64,000 nt of DNA from an uncultured Chloroflexia bacterium (GTDB taxonomy: Bacteria; Chloroflexota; Limnocylindria; Limnocylindrales; CSP1-4): the NCBI GenBank assembly GCA_963752475.1, contig CAVVYR010000007.1, forward strand, positions 1 through 64,000, read 5' to 3'. This document shows, piece by piece, positions 61,856 through 64,000 of the stretch. The notes beneath the pieces were generated by a model, which was given only the letters and a program-made list of their open reading frames with translations, made no database searches and was not told the DNA's origin. A program made the position numbers and the translations under genes. Numbering within the stretch: the first letter of the stretch is position 1; every line of letters begins with the position of its first letter.

Positions 61856-63766
61856 CTACCACGCCGGTCCTCCGACCGTGACGAGCGCCTCCGCGACCTG
61901 GCCGAACGGACGTCCACCAGCGATCAGCTCGATCGCGATCGGCTGCCGCCGGCACTCTCCCTCGACCGTCAGGCTCAACTCACAGCTCACTTCGGCCCGG
62001 GCTTCGGCCGTGAGGGTCGCGCCACCGCAGGTCCAGCCCGCCGGACCCACGAGACGGACCTGGAGCGTGGTCGCCTCGGGTAGCGGATTGCGCACGGTCG
62101 CCCGCACCGTGGTGGTCTCACCGTCGTGGAGGTGGAGACGATACGGCCAGAGCCATCCGCCCCACGAGTCCACATCGAAGTGGACCTCCGAATCGTCCAG
62201 CGGCATCGCGCGCCGATGCACCCCTTCGTACAGCCGGGCCCGCTCATCGACAAGGTCGAAGAAGCCCTCGTTGGCTCGGAACGGCGCCCAGTGGCCGCTG
62301 AGCACGATGTCCGGGCGTTGCTCCTTCAGCCACGCGGCCGAGTGCGCGAACGAGTCGAGGCGTGCACCGCCGCGGTAGACGTGGTTCTCCTGGTGCGTGA
62401 CCCCCGACCAATCCGAGATCACCTCGCCCTTAGTGGTCGGACCGTGCGATCCCGGAAGTCCGACTCGTCGATGAAGCCGTATTGGTCGCCGCTGTGCGCG
62501 AATCGAAGGCCATCGACCTCGAAGCCGATGAGGCTCTGGAAACGGGTGTGTCCGCTGGCCGCCTCCAGCTCGAACTCGATCCCCTCCCATGTCACCGTCT
62601 CGCCATCGCGCAGCCGCCGGTGGACACGCGTGGGGACCGGGTTATCACAGGGGAACTGGTGTGCCTCGGGTCGCTCCAGCAGGTCGGCGAAGACTTCGTG
62701 TGCCCAGCATTCGGTGCCCTGACTACGCTGGAGGAACGGGATGCCCGCCACGTGGTCATCGTGATAGTGGGACGGGATGACGACATCGATGCGCTCCACC
62801 CCGGCCTGCCCGCGCAGGGCCTCGAGCGTGTGCGCCAGGGCCCGCGACCGATACGTGTCGAAGGGATAGCCCTGCCACCATCGCTGGGCGTGGTAGCCGT
62901 AGTCGAGCGCGAGCGCAGCGCCGGATGCGCCGACCACGAACACGCACGAGCTGGCCGAGTGCTGCGAGAGCCAGACGTGCTCGCTCAGCCGCATGAGTGC
63001 CGGCTGTCCGCCGTCTGCCCGCGCTGCCTCGAGTTCCGCCGACTCCTCGGGTCGCGTGGCGCATAGCGCCTCCATCGTCTGCTGCACTGCCCCCAACGCT
63101 TCCTCGGCAGCGGTCGTGATGGGCGAGCCCAGACTGGGCAGCAGGACGTCGGTCCCTCTGCGGCGCAGGTCGGCGGCAGCATGCCAGACCTCCACCGCGC
63201 CCCAAAGGCCGGCGTAGTCGTATTGCAGCGGTGCCACCCGCGGCACGCGGCCGTGATGAGTGGATGGTCTCGCCCGAGCAAACGGCCCGCAGCGACGTTC
63301 CCGGTACCTCGAATCCCAGGCCGACCTGGTTCATCGTCGCGCCGGACAGGGGGATGACCTCCACGTCCAGGCCAGCGAGCTCGATCCGCTCGTAGTCGCG
63401 GAGGACGCCGGCAACGGGGATCGGCTCGATGGGGGCGAAGTGATCCCAGTAGTTGACATAGACGATGTAGGTCTTGCGGGAGCGGAAGTGCTCGAGCGGA
63501 TCGGCGAAGAGTTCCCGCTCGCGCTCCGGCACCAGGACAGGGATCCCGAGCTCCTCGGCTGCGCGGGCGGCGCCTGCACTGTGATCACGGAAGAAGTGCG
63601 TACAGGCCAAGGCCACGGGTCGGTCGGGGAGCTCGCCAACGTGGTCGATCCAGGCCCCGGTACCGGCGTCGACGACGAGGACGCCCTGCGGTCCTCGGAT
63701 GGCATACACGTTGCAGCTGTCCGGCCACATCCAGACACCCGGAAGGATCGTTCGCCACTCAGACAT
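61856..63766 (-). CDS. Tandem metallo-beta-lactamase-fold hydrolase split by two frameshifts (~63250, ~62430)
   Basis: THFFRDHS (degenerate) and SHYHDDH motifs, GHT, SGD, LSGH across three consecutive frames. Confidence 0.78.
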
Positions 63767-63873
63767 CACAGCTCCCTCGTGCGCGGTCACGCGCCCGGCA
63801 CGCGTCCCGACTCCATCGAGCAACATACACGCTGCTGCGGCGGCACCAACGAGTCTCTGATGCTGGCTTCAGC

Positions 63874-64000
63874 TCAGTCCGCCCGAACCACTTCGACGTC
63901 GTAAGCGTCAAGGGCGTCGTCGACCGTCACGAGGGGCACGCCCTCCAACTGGGCTTGTGCGATGAGGAGCCGATCGAACGGATCGCTGTGATGACGCGGC
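63874..64000 (-). CDS. vapC: 3' end of a second PIN/VapC toxin (continues beyond the window)
   Basis: HHSDPFDRLLIAQAQLEGVPLVTVD. Confidence 0.88.
   Translation of the reverse strand, partial: PRHHSDPFDRLLIAQAQLEGVPLVTVDDALDAYDVEVVRAD

Overview
High-GC bacterial chromosomal DNA with no rRNA, tRNA, CRISPR array or transposase. The GroEL sequence and gene content suggest Chloroflexota (inference). There are three zones. (1) About 1-36 kb is a membrane-protein island: two near-duplicate MalT-like STAND/LuxR activators, DUF1269/DUF6325-like proteins, a LURP-one protein, MscS, a K+ channel, DUF1254/DUF1214, three SulP, a holin-phosphodiesterase fusion, BASS, DedA/VTT, FUSC, two copies of a double AI-2E transporter, DUF389 and DUF2252. 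Ten copies of a palindrome C(A/C)CCCG-N3-CGGGTG lie in its intergenic regions, nearly all 22-24 nt upstream of a -10-like hexamer, and I found none beyond 36 kb. This is a candidate regulon read by two activators with identical HTH domains but divergent central sensor segments. (2) About 36-51 kb holds a class II photolyase, an MDR oxidoreductase, a GH130/GT4 cluster, and a divergent locus of four signal-less PASTA-only genes plus a secreted beta-propeller gene. Three transcription units of that locus start with the same structured 5' leader (GGUGCGCANUCCGACC...GGCCUUGAGCG), a candidate novel cis-regulatory RNA. (3) About 51-64 kb holds CIRCE-controlled groES-groEL, sugar-acid catabolic genes, an RTX-repeat protein, a vapBC pair with a 4-bp slip in vapC, a frameshifted tandem MBL hydrolase and a partial second PIN toxin. 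Several single-base frameshifts suggest indel errors in the assembly. All family assignments are by motif recognition, not database search.
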